Part shown: positions 47,981 to 58,009 of the stretch, piece by piece
Layout of the letters: each line of letters starts with the position of its first letter
How positions within the stretch are numbered: position 1 is the stretch's first letter
Program-made: the position numbers and the translations under genes
Source of the DNA: Desulfomonilia bacterium
Lineage (GTDB): Bacteria > Desulfobacterota > Desulfomonilia > UBA1062
Direction of reading: 5' to 3'
Assembly (NCBI GenBank): GCA_050014195.1
Contig: JBEKDT010000021.1
Location: 1-64,000, forward strand
DNA: 64,000 bases
The notes under the pieces: model-generated
What the model was told of the DNA's origin: nothing
Databases searched by the model: none
What the model saw: the letters and a program-made list of their open reading frames with translations, nothing else

Positions 47981-49198
47981 ATGCAAGGGGAGAATCTCGA
48001 CAAACTTACCATAGAAAGAACCGTCAAGGATAAACATGCCAAACGCAGATTCAAGGCATCATTCATGGTCCTGTTCATTGCACTGGGGGTGGTCCTTGTC
48101 ATCATTTTCTCATGGATGTTTTTATCCAGCGGCCCTGAGGTCAAGGTCGCAAGCGTATCGGAAGTCTACCCTGCACAGCTACTCTCAAAGCTTAATGCGA
48201 GCGGGTATGTGGTGGCACAGCGTAAGGCGGATGTCGCAGCAAAGATCACGGGCCAGCTGGTCGCCCTCATGGTCCAGGAAGGCAGCCTGGTGAAAGAGGG
48301 GCAGGTGATCGCACGGCTTGAGAACGAAGATACAAAAGCCCTTGTAGACCAGGGCACCGCGAACCTTAATCTCGCCAAGGCAAAGGTTTCCCAGGCCAAG
48401 GCCGACCTGGACAATGCGACCCTGGAATATGATCGTAGAAAGGAGCTCGTGAAGTCGGGTGCGATATCTAAGTCCGAGTTCGATGCGGCCCAGGCGCGTT
48501 ACCTTGGCTCCAGGGCTTCTTTTGAGGCTGGTCAGGCCGAAGTGAAATCAAGCGCTGCAGCACTGAAGAACGCTCAAGTCTCTCTGTCGTATTCCGAGAT
48601 AAAGGCCCCCTTCGATGCCGTGGTCCTCACCAAGAACGCCGATGTGGGAGACATCATCACCCCCTTAGGCGCTGCCGCCAATGCCAAGGCGGCAGTGGTC
48701 ACGATCGCCGACCTGTCTTCTTTGCAGGTGGAAGCAGACGTGTCCGAGGCCAATCTCTCCATGGTGCATGTGGGGCAGCCATGCGATGTGAGCCTTGATG
48801 CATTGCCCGGCGTAAGGTTCCAGGGTGTGGTTGATACCATTGTCCCTACCGTGGACAGGTCCAAGGCCACGGTCATGGTCAAGGTCCGCTTTCTCACCCA
48901 CGATCCGCATATCCTTCCCGAGATGAGCGCCAAGGTCGGCTTCCTCACCCAGCCACTGAACTTAGATGAGCAGAAGCCCCGCATCATGGTGAGCAGCACC
49001 GCGGTTTCGCGTTCGGATAAGGGCATGTATGTCTTCCTTGTCCGTGAAGAAAGGGCCCGCAGGATCAATGTGCACACAGGCCGGAGAATCGGTGACATGG
49101 TGGAGGTCCTTGACGGGCTCAAGCCGGGCGATGCCGTGGTTGTAAACCCGCCCAAGGGTCTGAGGAACGGAACAAAGGTCACCATACTCCAGCAGTAA
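47981..49198 (+). CDS. MacA-like periplasmic adaptor (membrane fusion protein)
   Basis: N-terminal TM, lipoyl half motifs (VQEGSLVKEGQVIA, IKAPFD), coiled coil. Confidence 0.92.
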   Translation: MQGENLDKLTIERTVKDKHAKRRFKASFMVLFIALGVVLVIIFSWMFLSSGPEVKVASVSEVYPAQLLSKLNASGYVVAQRKADVAAKITGQLVALMVQEGSLVKEGQVIARLENEDTKALVDQGTANLNLAKAKVSQAKADLDNATLEYDRRKELVKSGAISKSEFDAAQARYLGSRASFEAGQAEVKSSAAALKNAQVSLSYSEIKAPFDAVVLTKNADVGDIITPLGAAANAKAAVVTIADLSSLQVEADVSEANLSMVHVGQPCDVSLDALPGVRFQGVVDTIVPTVDRSKATVMVKVRFLTHDPHILPEMSAKVGFLTQPLNLDEQKPRIMVSSTAVSRSDKGMYVFLVREERARRINVHTGRRIGDMVEVLDGLKPGDAVVVNPPKGLRNGTKVTILQQ

Positions 49199-49289
49199 GA
49201 GCATAATATATTACGATGATGAACATAGCCTGCACATGGACCTCTCACCCTGTTTCTCTCTTCATAATGTATGGGGAGAGGGGACTGGT

Positions 49290-49982
49290 ATGAACATGGA
49301 TAAGACACCGCCCATTGTCGAGATCCGTAACGTCTCCAAGTCCTACCGGCGCGGGAGCATACCAATACCCGTGCTTACGGATATCACCTTCGACATCGCC
49401 AAAAGCGAGTTCCTCGCCATTATGGGCCCATCCGGGTCCGGCAAGAGTACGCTCCTGAACCTGATCGCAGGCATCGATCATGCGGATACCGGCTCCATCA
49501 TCGTCGGGGGCCAGGACATCACCGACATGACCGAGACGGAGCTTGCCAGGTGGCGCTCAGGCAATGTGGGCTTCATCTTCCAGTTCTACAACCTCATCCC
49601 GGTGCTCACCGCATTCGAAAACGTGGACCTGCCTCTGCACCTGACCGGCCTTTCCAAGCGACAGAGGCGTGAGCATGTGGAGATGGCGCTCCATATGGTG
49701 AACCTCGATGACCGGTTGGACCACTACCCGGGACAGCTCTCCGGCGGAGAGCAGCAGAGGGTGGCCATTGCCAGGGCGGTCGTCATCGACCCGGTCATCC
49801 TGGTGGCGGACGAGCCCACAGGCGATCTGGACCGCAAATCCGCCGAAGACGTGCTTAACCTTATGGAGCGATTGAACACCGAGCTTAAAAAGACCATCAT
49901 CATGGTTACGCATGACCCGCATGCCGCCCAGCGTGCGCGTGTCATGAAACACCTGGAAAAGGGCGTCTTCAACTCTATATGA
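49290..49982 (+). CDS. ABC transporter ATP-binding protein (LolD/MacB type)
   Basis: GPSGSGKST, LSGGEQQR, ADEPTG, VTHD. Confidence 0.94.
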   Translation: MNMDKTPPIVEIRNVSKSYRRGSIPIPVLTDITFDIAKSEFLAIMGPSGSGKSTLLNLIAGIDHADTGSIIVGGQDITDMTETELARWRSGNVGFIFQFYNLIPVLTAFENVDLPLHLTGLSKRQRREHVEMALHMVNLDDRLDHYPGQLSGGEQQRVAIARAVVIDPVILVADEPTGDLDRKSAEDVLNLMERLNTELKKTIIMVTHDPHAAQRARVMKHLEKGVFNSI

Positions 49983-51136
49983 TTATCCCCAGGATGATCA
50001 TGAAGAATGCATTCAGGCGCAAGGTGAGGACGTCGCTCACCATCTTCGCCATGGCAATAGCCATCCTCGCCTTCGGGTTATTGCGAACCGTCATCACCAC
50101 CTGGTATCTGGGCCTTGAGATCTCCTCGGCCTCCCGGCTCATCACACGAAATGCAGTATCGCTGATCTTTCCGCTTCCGTTGTCTTACTATGACAAGATC
50201 AGGCATACACTCGGTGTCAGAGAGGTCTCCTATGGGAGTTGGTTCGGTGGCATCTATATCAGCGAGAAGAACTTGTTTGCCAGCTTCGCGGTGGAGCCGA
50301 AGAGCTACCTGGATCTCTATCCCGAGATCGTCCTTTCCGGGCCTCAGAAGGCGGATTTTATCAGAGACCGGCGCGGCTTCATTGCAGGGAGGAAGCTCTC
50401 TGAGCGCTTCGGGTGGCATCTCGGAGATGTGGTTACCCTGAAAGGGACCATCTATCCGGGAAACTGGGATTTTGTGCTTCGGGGCATATACAAGGGTCGC
50501 GACAAAAACATCGATGAGACACAGTTTATATTTCACTGGGACTACCTCAATGAGACCGTGAAGAAGACGTTTCCCTCCATGGCCGACCAGGTGGGATTCT
50601 ACCTGATCGGTCTCACCGATTCCCACATGTCCGCCGACGTGGCGGTCGAAGTGGATAAGATGTTCAAGAACTCGCCCGCCGAGACGCTGACCGAGACGGA
50701 AAAGGCCTTCATTATGGGATTCATCTCCATGATAGAGGCCATCGTGACGGTCATCCAGGTCGTCTCCTTCGTGGTCATTATCATCATCCTGGCTGTGGTG
50801 GCCAACACCATGGCCATGACCACCAGGGAGAGGATAGGCGAGTATGCAGTCCTCAAGACCCTTGGCTACTCGGGCCTTAACATAGCAACCCTCATCATGG
50901 GTGAGGCCTTTGTAATCTCTTTTTTGGGAAGCCTGCTCGGCATTGTGTTCACTTTTCCCGTGGCACATTATTTCAGCACTGCCCTCGGCACCTACTTCCC
51001 GGTGTTCTATGTAAAGTCATCTACGGTCCTTTTTGATCTCGGCGTGGCGGCTATCGTAGGCGTTGCCGCCGCTGTCATCCCCATCAGGCAGGCCATACAC
51101 ATCCGTATTGCAGACGGGTTACGGAGGATCGGCTAG
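49979..51136 (+). CDS. MacB/FtsX-type ABC permease
   Basis: 1+3 TM layout, RERIGEYAVLKTLG. Confidence 0.92.
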   Translation: MIIPRMIMKNAFRRKVRTSLTIFAMAIAILAFGLLRTVITTWYLGLEISSASRLITRNAVSLIFPLPLSYYDKIRHTLGVREVSYGSWFGGIYISEKNLFASFAVEPKSYLDLYPEIVLSGPQKADFIRDRRGFIAGRKLSERFGWHLGDVVTLKGTIYPGNWDFVLRGIYKGRDKNIDETQFIFHWDYLNETVKKTFPSMADQVGFYLIGLTDSHMSADVAVEVDKMFKNSPAETLTETEKAFIMGFISMIEAIVTVIQVVSFVVIIIILAVVANTMAMTTRERIGEYAVLKTLGYSGLNIATLIMGEAFVISFLGSLLGIVFTFPVAHYFSTALGTYFPVFYVKSSTVLFDLGVAAIVGVAAAVIPIRQAIHIRIADGLRRIG

Positions 51137-52300
51137 ATGGCGGTGCCCTTATCCTACAGCTTCCGCAATCTCTGGACCAGGCGGCTCACCACCTTCCTGA
51201 CCGCCTCGGGCATGGCGCTTGTGGTCTTTGTCTTTGCCACCATATTGATGCTTGCCGAAGGCCTGCAGAAGACGTTGGTGGCGACAGGTTCCTTTGACAA
51301 TGTAGTCGTACTGCGCAAAGGCTCCAACAGTGAGGTGGACAGCGGAATCGAACGGGACAAGGCCTCGGTTGTAGAGACATTGCCGCAGATCGCGACGGAT
51401 AAGGCGGGCGACCCGTTAGTGGCCAAGGAAGTGGTCATCCTCATCACACTCCCCAAGAAACAGGGCGGTTCGTCGAACGTCACCATCAGGGGGATCGGCG
51501 ATGATTCACTTCAACTTAGGCCCCAGGTCAGGCTCGTCCAGGGGCGCATGCCGCGGCCCGGCCTTGCCGAGATGGTCGTGGGGTCAAGCCTTTCCACGCG
51601 GTTCAGCGGGCTCATTTTCGGCTCATACTTGCGATGCGGCCTGATGAGCTGGAGGATCGTCGGTATCATGGATGCAGGCAACACGGCCTTCAGCTCAGAG
51701 ATCTGGGCGGATGCGAACCAGGTCATGCAGGCCTTCAGGAGGCCGGTGTACTCTTCCATCATCTTCAAACTTGCCGATGTGGTCAAATTCGACGCTGCCA
51801 AGTCCCTCATCGAGGGCGACCCGCGCCTGAGCCTCCAGGCAAAGCGCGAGACCAAGTTCTATCTCGATCAGTCCGAGGTCATGGCCAAGTTCTTAAAGAT
51901 CCTCGGTGTCTCGCTGACCGTGATCTTTTCACTCGGCGCCGTCATCGGCGCCATGATCACCATGTATGCCGCAGTTGCGAACCGCACCGGAGAGATCGGG
52001 ACATTACGGGCCTTAGGGTTCCAGCGCAGGGCCATTTTGCTCAGCTTCCTCATGGAGTCGCTCTTCTTAGGCATCATCGGCGGGGGCCTCGGGCTTTTCT
52101 TTGCCTCGTTCATGCAGCTCATCACTATCTCTACCTTGAACTTCCAGACCTTTTCCGAGCTTGCCTTCAAGTTCGCCCTCACACCGGCCATCATTGCAGA
52201 GTCGTTTGCCTTCGCAGTGATCATGGGCCTTGCAGGCGGCGTGCTGCCGGCACTGCGTGCCTCGCGCATGAACATCGTGGAGTCGCTCAGGACGAGCTGA
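51137..52300 (+). CDS. MacB/FtsX-type ABC permease
   Basis: 1+3 TM layout, RTGEIGTLRALG, PALRASR. Confidence 0.92.
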   Translation: MAVPLSYSFRNLWTRRLTTFLTASGMALVVFVFATILMLAEGLQKTLVATGSFDNVVVLRKGSNSEVDSGIERDKASVVETLPQIATDKAGDPLVAKEVVILITLPKKQGGSSNVTIRGIGDDSLQLRPQVRLVQGRMPRPGLAEMVVGSSLSTRFSGLIFGSYLRCGLMSWRIVGIMDAGNTAFSSEIWADANQVMQAFRRPVYSSIIFKLADVVKFDAAKSLIEGDPRLSLQAKRETKFYLDQSEVMAKFLKILGVSLTVIFSLGAVIGAMITMYAAVANRTGEIGTLRALGFQRRAILLSFLMESLFLGIIGGGLGLFFASFMQLITISTLNFQTFSELAFKFALTPAIIAESFAFAVIMGLAGGVLPALRASRMNIVESLRTS

Positions 52301-52371
52301 TAACTAAAGACGTCCGTCGGCCCTTTGAGCCCTTCATGCGTTGCCGCATCTTTCGAGGTTGGCGCTGATGA
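52267..52371 (+). repeat. ~105-bp direct repeat, copy 1 (permease 3' end plus non-functional copy of plsC 3' end)
   Basis: 52267-52303 matches 58958-58994; 52305-52371 matches 59312-59378. Confidence 0.92.
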
Positions 52372-52534
52372 GTGGCACGGGCAAAGCCTGAAAGGCTTGC
52401 CCGTGTGTCGTGATTACCGAGGAAAGACCTATCCTGGTTTCAGACTCACAGGGAAACATGCTCTATGACTGATTGTTAGCTTGTATGAATTATCTATCCC
52501 ACGGGCAAGGCCTTCGGCCTTGGCCCGTGCCACC
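52372..52534. repeat. Inverted pair of GTGGCACGGGC palindromic repeats (REPIN-like)
   Basis: GTGGCACGGGCAAAGCCTGAAAGGCTTGCCCGTG, inverted variant near 52498-52534; another copy at about 61725. Confidence 0.75.
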
Positions 52535-52976
52535 CAGTGATTTTTTTATCTTGGCCACCCCACCCGCCCTTAATTGCGCAATGACAGAGAACCGGCGGGT
52601 TTCACGAACGCTGCAATCACTTTGGAAAACATACTGAAGATCTCAAGATAAGATTCACGATTAATCTCCAAAAAATGAAACTGATCATTTATCGCAGTTA
52701 TGTTCACTACGAGCAAAGCGATAATTTTGAGTTATAATCAACAGTGGGCATTATTCAAATTGAGCTTTAAATATGCAGCGGAGTACATTGGCAACTATAA
52801 GTTGATATATTGATTTGTCATTTAATCTCGTTTGGGGTTAATTCCCCTTAGCTTGCTACGAAAGGCCTATTCCTTATAAAGGCTTTTGATACCCCGTAGC
52901 TTGCTGCGGGGTAGTTCATTTCTTTATGGATTTGTTTTATAATATTGGGATGCAGAGACCGTAAGGGGAGAAAGAG

Positions 52977-54527
52977 ATGGCCGATAGGAAATATCAAGAA
53001 GAAATAATAGAGTGTTATAGGAGAATTCAACAAGAAATATTGGAGGCCGAGAGGAGAGGTCAACTAAGCAGAATAGATGACTTAAGGAAAGCTCAAGAAG
53101 CAATAAATTACCAATATAGAAACTTTATATATGGAACCGGGAGGAGAGATCAGCCAGAAAAAATAGATGCCGAGCTGAGAGCTTTGTATGAAAAAGAGGA
53201 AACCGAGCGGAGAGCGCAACAAGAAAAAGAGTGGGCTGAGATGAGCCCTAAAGAAAAAGAGGACAAGCTGAAAGCGCAACAACAAAAAGAGGCCGAGTTG
53301 AAAGTTCAAGAAGAGGAGGCTGACAGGAGAGCTCAACAAGAAATAATAGAGGCTTACAGGAGAGCTCGGGAAATATTGGAGGACGAGAGGAGAGGTCAAC
53401 CAGAAAGAACAGGGGACTGTAGCAGAGCTCTAGGAGAATACGCAGATGCCTTGTATAGAGCTTCAAAATATTGGGCCGAGAGGAGAGGTCAACCAGAGAG
53501 GATAGGGGCCGAGCTGAGAGCTATATTAAAAGAAAAGTGGGCTGAGATGAGCCCTAAAGAAAAAGAGGCGGCTGAACTGAGAGCACAACAAGAAAAGGAG
53601 GAGGAGGAGGACGAACGGAGAGTTCAAAAATATAAAGAGGAGATGGATCGGGAGGTAGAGCGGTTAAAAGCAGTAATAGAGGCTCATAAGAAAGATCAAG
53701 AAGAAATATCAACCGAGCAGTTAAGAGCAATAATAGATGCTAATAAGAAAGATCCTGAAGAATTATATCCCCCCGAATTAGAATCTTTAGAAGAATTAAT
53801 AGAGGCTTATAATAGACGTCCAAACGAAGGATTGATGAAATCCTTGAAATTAAGAATGCTGGATTATAATATAAACTTTCAAAAATCAATGTCGCCCGAA
53901 AGGGAAGTAGTGGTATGGTCAATAATAAATAAACATATTAATGCTCTTCGTATTAAGCGCCAACAAAAACGTGTATATGATGATTACGGCATACTTGGTG
54001 ACACGAAGTGGGAAGAAGAACTTCATTATTTTTATGATAAGGTGTTAAAACCAGAATATGAAAAATATTATTATACTGAGACAATAGTCACCTTGACCCC
54101 TATTTATGCTGATGTAGTAGAGATTATTAACAAAGAAATAGATGCCTTATCAGCCAAAGTCCCAGCCTCAGAAGTTGATATTGAGTCATTAAGCCCAGTT
54201 GGTTTTGAGTCATATTGCGCACAGATTCTGAGAGATTCTGGTTGGAATGCATCTACAACAAAGGGTTCCAGTGATCAAGGAGTTGATATAGTTGCAACAA
54301 AAAATGGTATTAAGGCAATATTCCAATGCAAGAAATTATCTTCACCAGTTGGGAATAAAGCTGTGCAAGAAGCTACTGCAGGAAAAGCTTATTACGTTGC
54401 TGATATTGGGTTTGTAGTGAGCAATGCGGAATTTACTCCTGCAGCAAGAGACTTAGCGAACAGCACTGGGATAAAATTGATACATTATAGTCAACTGAAT
54501 GACCTTGAGCGTCATATAAAAAAATAA
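52977..54527 (+). CDS. Mrr-like restriction endonuclease with long repetitive charged coiled-coil N-terminus
   Basis: C-terminal LSPVGFE...DQGVDIV...FQCK...VGNKAVQE...FTPAA motif set; AT-rich. Confidence 0.85.
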   Translation: MADRKYQEEIIECYRRIQQEILEAERRGQLSRIDDLRKAQEAINYQYRNFIYGTGRRDQPEKIDAELRALYEKEETERRAQQEKEWAEMSPKEKEDKLKAQQQKEAELKVQEEEADRRAQQEIIEAYRRAREILEDERRGQPERTGDCSRALGEYADALYRASKYWAERRGQPERIGAELRAILKEKWAEMSPKEKEAAELRAQQEKEEEEDERRVQKYKEEMDREVERLKAVIEAHKKDQEEISTEQLRAIIDANKKDPEELYPPELESLEELIEAYNRRPNEGLMKSLKLRMLDYNINFQKSMSPEREVVVWSIINKHINALRIKRQQKRVYDDYGILGDTKWEEELHYFYDKVLKPEYEKYYYTETIVTLTPIYADVVEIINKEIDALSAKVPASEVDIESLSPVGFESYCAQILRDSGWNASTTKGSSDQGVDIVATKNGIKAIFQCKKLSSPVGNKAVQEATAGKAYYVADIGFVVSNAEFTPAARDLANSTGIKLIHYSQLNDLERHIKK

Positions 54528-54806
54528 CCAAATACTTATGATCCTCAACCGTTGATTACGCAAAAGGATTATCGGTTATATAAGCATCGAGAAACTGTAT
54601 AGTTCGTGCCATTGGCCACGGTCTGATATGAAGTGTCTGAATGCGTAGGTTTTAACACGAGATCTTCACTATTCAGGCATCCTGAAGCCGTGATGAAATA
54701 GCAGGAATCATTGGTATGAGAACATCGTCTCTGAACCCTTCTTCCCGACCCGATATGACGATCTGAATGGACCCGCCGGATTTCCAGCTGGGATAACTTG
54801 AGGTGT

Positions 54807-55679
54807 TCACTCCGTCTGAGGGTTGACGGGCTCCGGTTCCGACTTTCTTCCCCTGATTCCCTTCTGCCGATGTTGAACATAGGCATCCCGGAGCGCCACA
54901 TAGGGATCAAGGGCCGCCTCTTTGAGAGATTCATAATCCCCGATGGCCAGGGATGTGGCGTTCACCTCTTCATATCCCCTGATTCCGAGCGACACATACC
55001 AGGGACTTATATACGAGTCTAGATACAGGAAATAATCGCCCGCTTTACCTATGGTATCCCTGGGGCTGGAAGGGCCGAGTACCGGCCAATCGATGTAGAA
55101 TCCGTGACCTATCCCGTAGGAGGCAAGGGTGAGGCCCATGTCGGTATCCTGTTTCGGGAGATCGAACACCTTGCTTGAAGCGGGATCGAAAAATCCGGCA
55201 ATACCTATGGTGGTGTTTACGCCGAAGCGGCCAAGTTCGGTGGCTGCATCGCGAAGATCCGCCTGAAGCAGGTAGTTGACAAAACGGATCGGAAATTCGA
55301 CATTGAAAAAGAAATTCTCCACGCTTATCCGGGCGCCTTCGGGAACAACCGTGCTGTATCCTTGAGCCACGGGTTTGAGCAACCAGAAATAGAACTTATC
55401 GTTGAAGAGGTACATGGCCCTGTTGAAGGGCTCCAGCGGATCTGCAATCGTCACCGGCTCTTCTTCCTGAAGGGGCTGTTCCTCTCCGGAAGAGGGGAGA
55501 ACCGACTGGGACGGTGAAGCCACCTCTTGCTGTCCTAAGGGAAGAGGGCGGTTCACATTATGGGCGCAGCCTGCAGCCAGAAAGGCGAAAAACACGGCCA
55601 CTAAGACGAAAAGCTTCTTGGTACATATAACTCTCATCAATATTTTATTAGGATAAAAATGAAAAAAGTAAAGTCTCAC
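54807..55679 (-). CDS. mlaA: MlaA/VacJ lipoprotein
   Basis: Lipobox LAAGC, DPLEPFNR, RFGVNTTIG, PVLGPSSPRD, DPYVALRDAY; true start may be ~55637. Confidence 0.9.
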   Translation of the reverse strand: MRLYFFHFYPNKILMRVICTKKLFVLVAVFFAFLAAGCAHNVNRPLPLGQQEVASPSQSVLPSSGEEQPLQEEEPVTIADPLEPFNRAMYLFNDKFYFWLLKPVAQGYSTVVPEGARISVENFFFNVEFPIRFVNYLLQADLRDAATELGRFGVNTTIGIAGFFDPASSKVFDLPKQDTDMGLTLASYGIGHGFYIDWPVLGPSSPRDTIGKAGDYFLYLDSYISPWYVSLGIRGYEEVNATSLAIGDYESLKEAALDPYVALRDAYVQHRQKGIRGRKSEPEPVNPQTE

Positions 55680-56287
55680 TGCTCCTTCACCTTTTTCCTC
55701 AGGATCTCCAGGAGCTTCTCAGGCGAATTTTTTGCCAGGATCTCATTGAACTGGGTACGGTAGTTCAATACGAGACTCACGTTTTCCACAACCACATCGT
55801 ATACCTTCCAGGTGCCGTCCTTGAGGATCATCCTGTAGGAGATGGAGATTTCCTTTGATGAGGTGACGATCCTGGTCTGGACTTCCACTTGGTTTTCCGA
55901 GAGAGGGGCTTCTTTAGCATAGACAACCTTCTCATTGGTATAGGAAAGGATCTTGTCGATGTAGGCCTTTTCCAGCACCTGCTCAAAGAGATGAGTGAAT
56001 TCCTTCTGCTGATCGGGATTCAACAAGCTCCAGTTACGCGCCAGGGTCCGCCTGGAGAATTCGGCCTCATTGAACATGTCTTTGTAGATCGACCGCAGTC
56101 TCTCTTTCTTGATCTCCTTGGCAGACTCGGATTTAAGCGCAGGGTCGCGCAGGACATCGAGCACCTTGTTCACCTCTACCCGTACCGTGTCGAGCGGTAC
56201 GCCCGCATGGGCCGGAACCGATGAGAGCAAGAACATCAGAATACTTACGAGAGCGATCTGTCTTTTCACGAATTTAACCCCCCTCAT
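55676..56287 (-). CDS. mlaC: MlaC/Ttg2D phospholipid-binding protein
   Basis: Signal peptide; WKVYDVVVENVSLVLNYRTQF. Confidence 0.9.
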   Translation of the reverse strand: MRGVKFVKRQIALVSILMFLLSSVPAHAGVPLDTVRVEVNKVLDVLRDPALKSESAKEIKKERLRSIYKDMFNEAEFSRRTLARNWSLLNPDQQKEFTHLFEQVLEKAYIDKILSYTNEKVVYAKEAPLSENQVEVQTRIVTSSKEISISYRMILKDGTWKVYDVVVENVSLVLNYRTQFNEILAKNSPEKLLEILRKKVKEQ

Positions 56288-56751
56288 TGTTTTGAATCCT
56301 TGGTTTTCACCTCGCCGAAGGCAGACTTGCCGATGAGGTCTATGAGATCCACGGGCGGCTGCGTCTCGATGATGCTCCCGCCTGGTTTGAGGAGTGCGCC
56401 TGCGCCTCCTGGGTCTATGCTCAAGTACTCATCTCCTATGAGGCCTTCGGTCTTGATGGAGGCGATGGCATCATCATAGATCCTTATACCATTCCGGATT
56501 TTTATTTCCACCACCGCCTTTTGCTGCTGCGGGTCCATGGTGAGTCCTTCGACTCGTCCGATCTCAATGCCCATCATCTCCACGGGGTTGCCGACCCTCA
56601 GGCCGGATACCGAGGTGAATTGTGCCTTGAGGGGTTAGGAGTTGTCGCTCAAGAAAGATACATGGCCGAGATTCACGGTCATGTACCCTATGCAGGCAAG
56701 TCCGAGAACGACAAAGATCCCGACTGTTGTCTCCATGGCATACTTTTTCAT
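56284..56751 (-). pseudogene. mlaD: MlaD (MCE) interrupted by an in-frame TAA at 56635-56637
   Basis: MKKYAMETTVGIFV...SDNS*PLKAQFTSVSGLRVGNPVEMMGIEIG...IKTEGLIGDEY in one frame. Confidence 0.88.
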
Positions 56752-58001
56752 GTGCTTATCCCCCCGGCCGGGCATTGCATCCGGCTGATTTCTTTGAGCT
56801 GAGATTCTGCGGAAGCTATGACGGCATTTATGTCTGCAATGGGTTGGCCCTGGGCAAGCCCGGCAAGGACAGTGAATTCGGCGCACTCCCCCGGGGCAGC
56901 TCGCCTGCTGGCTCCCGCCCAGATATCGCGAATTCCGTGCTCCCTGAAATCTTCGATGAACTCCTTCAGGATGTCTCGTGCCTCATCAAGCTCCGAATAG
57001 GGAAGCACGGTGACGAATTCATTGGTATGGTGGCGGGTGGAAAAGCCGCCGATGGCCCCGAAGTGTTTATCGATATACGATCCCATACTCCGTATCGCCT
57101 CCTGTGCCGCCTCGTGGCCCAAAATAGAGATGATTGATTCCAGCGAATCCAGAGAGAAAACCGCAACCGTATAGGTCTCTCCAAGCGCCCTGTGCTTCAT
57201 CTGGGAATGGTAGAGAACCTTGAACTGCCTCTTGGAATGCAGGCCCGACAATTCTTCCTGCAACCCCTCCATGCTGTGGAGGACTTCATCCTTGAAGGGG
57301 TGATCGAAATTTTCAAGTTCCTCGGGCGTGCCCTGAAAGACGATTCTGCGGTTATAGAGCGCGAGGATGCGGTTTGAGATAAAGTAGACATCAGGGATCT
57401 CGTGGCTCACCAGGACCGCGGTAAACCCGAATTTTCTCTGGTACTGGGCGATCATGCTCAAGATGGCATTCTTCCGCACAGGGTCCTGACCGGCAGTGGG
57501 CTCGTCGAAGAGGATTATCTGGGGATCGGTCACAAGCGCTCGCGCCAGGGCCGCGCGTTTCTGCATGCCCCCTGAGAGTTCCGAAGGGAACTTATGAGCT
57601 GCATCAACGAGTTCCGTCTGTTCGATCCTGGCCATGACCCGTTTGTCGATTTCAGCCTTTTTCAGATTCGTCGTCTCCTTAAGCGGCAGCGCGATGTTTT
57701 CTCGGACGGTCATGGAGTCGAAGAGCGCATTGTCCTGAAACATGAAACTCATCCGGGCAAGCGAGGCTTCTACTTGCGCCTTTTTCATCTTGGCGATGGG
57801 CTTGCCCCGGAAAAGGATCGTCCCCGTATCGGGCTTGAGGAGCCCGATCATGTGCTTGAGGAGCACGGTCTTGCCGCCGCCGCTCAGGCCGATGATGGTC
57901 GTGATCTGCCCCTCATAGATCTTCAGATTGATACGCTCAAGGACCGTTATTGCCCCGAAGCGCTTGGTGACGTCTCTGAATTCGATCAGCGGGGTATCCA
58001 T
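56748..58001 (-). CDS. mlaF: MlaF ABC ATPase with C-terminal degenerate GGDEF-like domain
   Basis: GLSGGGKT, LSGGMQKR, DEPTAGQDP, SH; extension LSGL...LGHE...RHHTNEF. Confidence 0.88.
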   Translation of the reverse strand: MDTPLIEFRDVTKRFGAITVLERINLKIYEGQITTIIGLSGGGKTVLLKHMIGLLKPDTGTILFRGKPIAKMKKAQVEASLARMSFMFQDNALFDSMTVRENIALPLKETTNLKKAEIDKRVMARIEQTELVDAAHKFPSELSGGMQKRAALARALVTDPQIILFDEPTAGQDPVRKNAILSMIAQYQRKFGFTAVLVSHEIPDVYFISNRILALYNRRIVFQGTPEELENFDHPFKDEVLHSMEGLQEELSGLHSKRQFKVLYHSQMKHRALGETYTVAVFSLDSLESIISILGHEAAQEAIRSMGSYIDKHFGAIGGFSTRHHTNEFVTVLPYSELDEARDILKEFIEDFREHGIRDIWAGASRRAAPGECAEFTVLAGLAQGQPIADINAVIASAESQLKEISRMQCPAGGIST

Positions 58002-58009
58002 ATATTTCT

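Noticed and set aside
52698-52708. XerD-arm-like TTATGTTCACT as a dif site
   Set aside because: No recognisable XerC arm at 6-bp spacing, and the second copy diverges at this position
56635-56637. Recoded stop in mlaD
   Set aside because: TAA is not used for Sec or Pyl, and the position is not a Cys site
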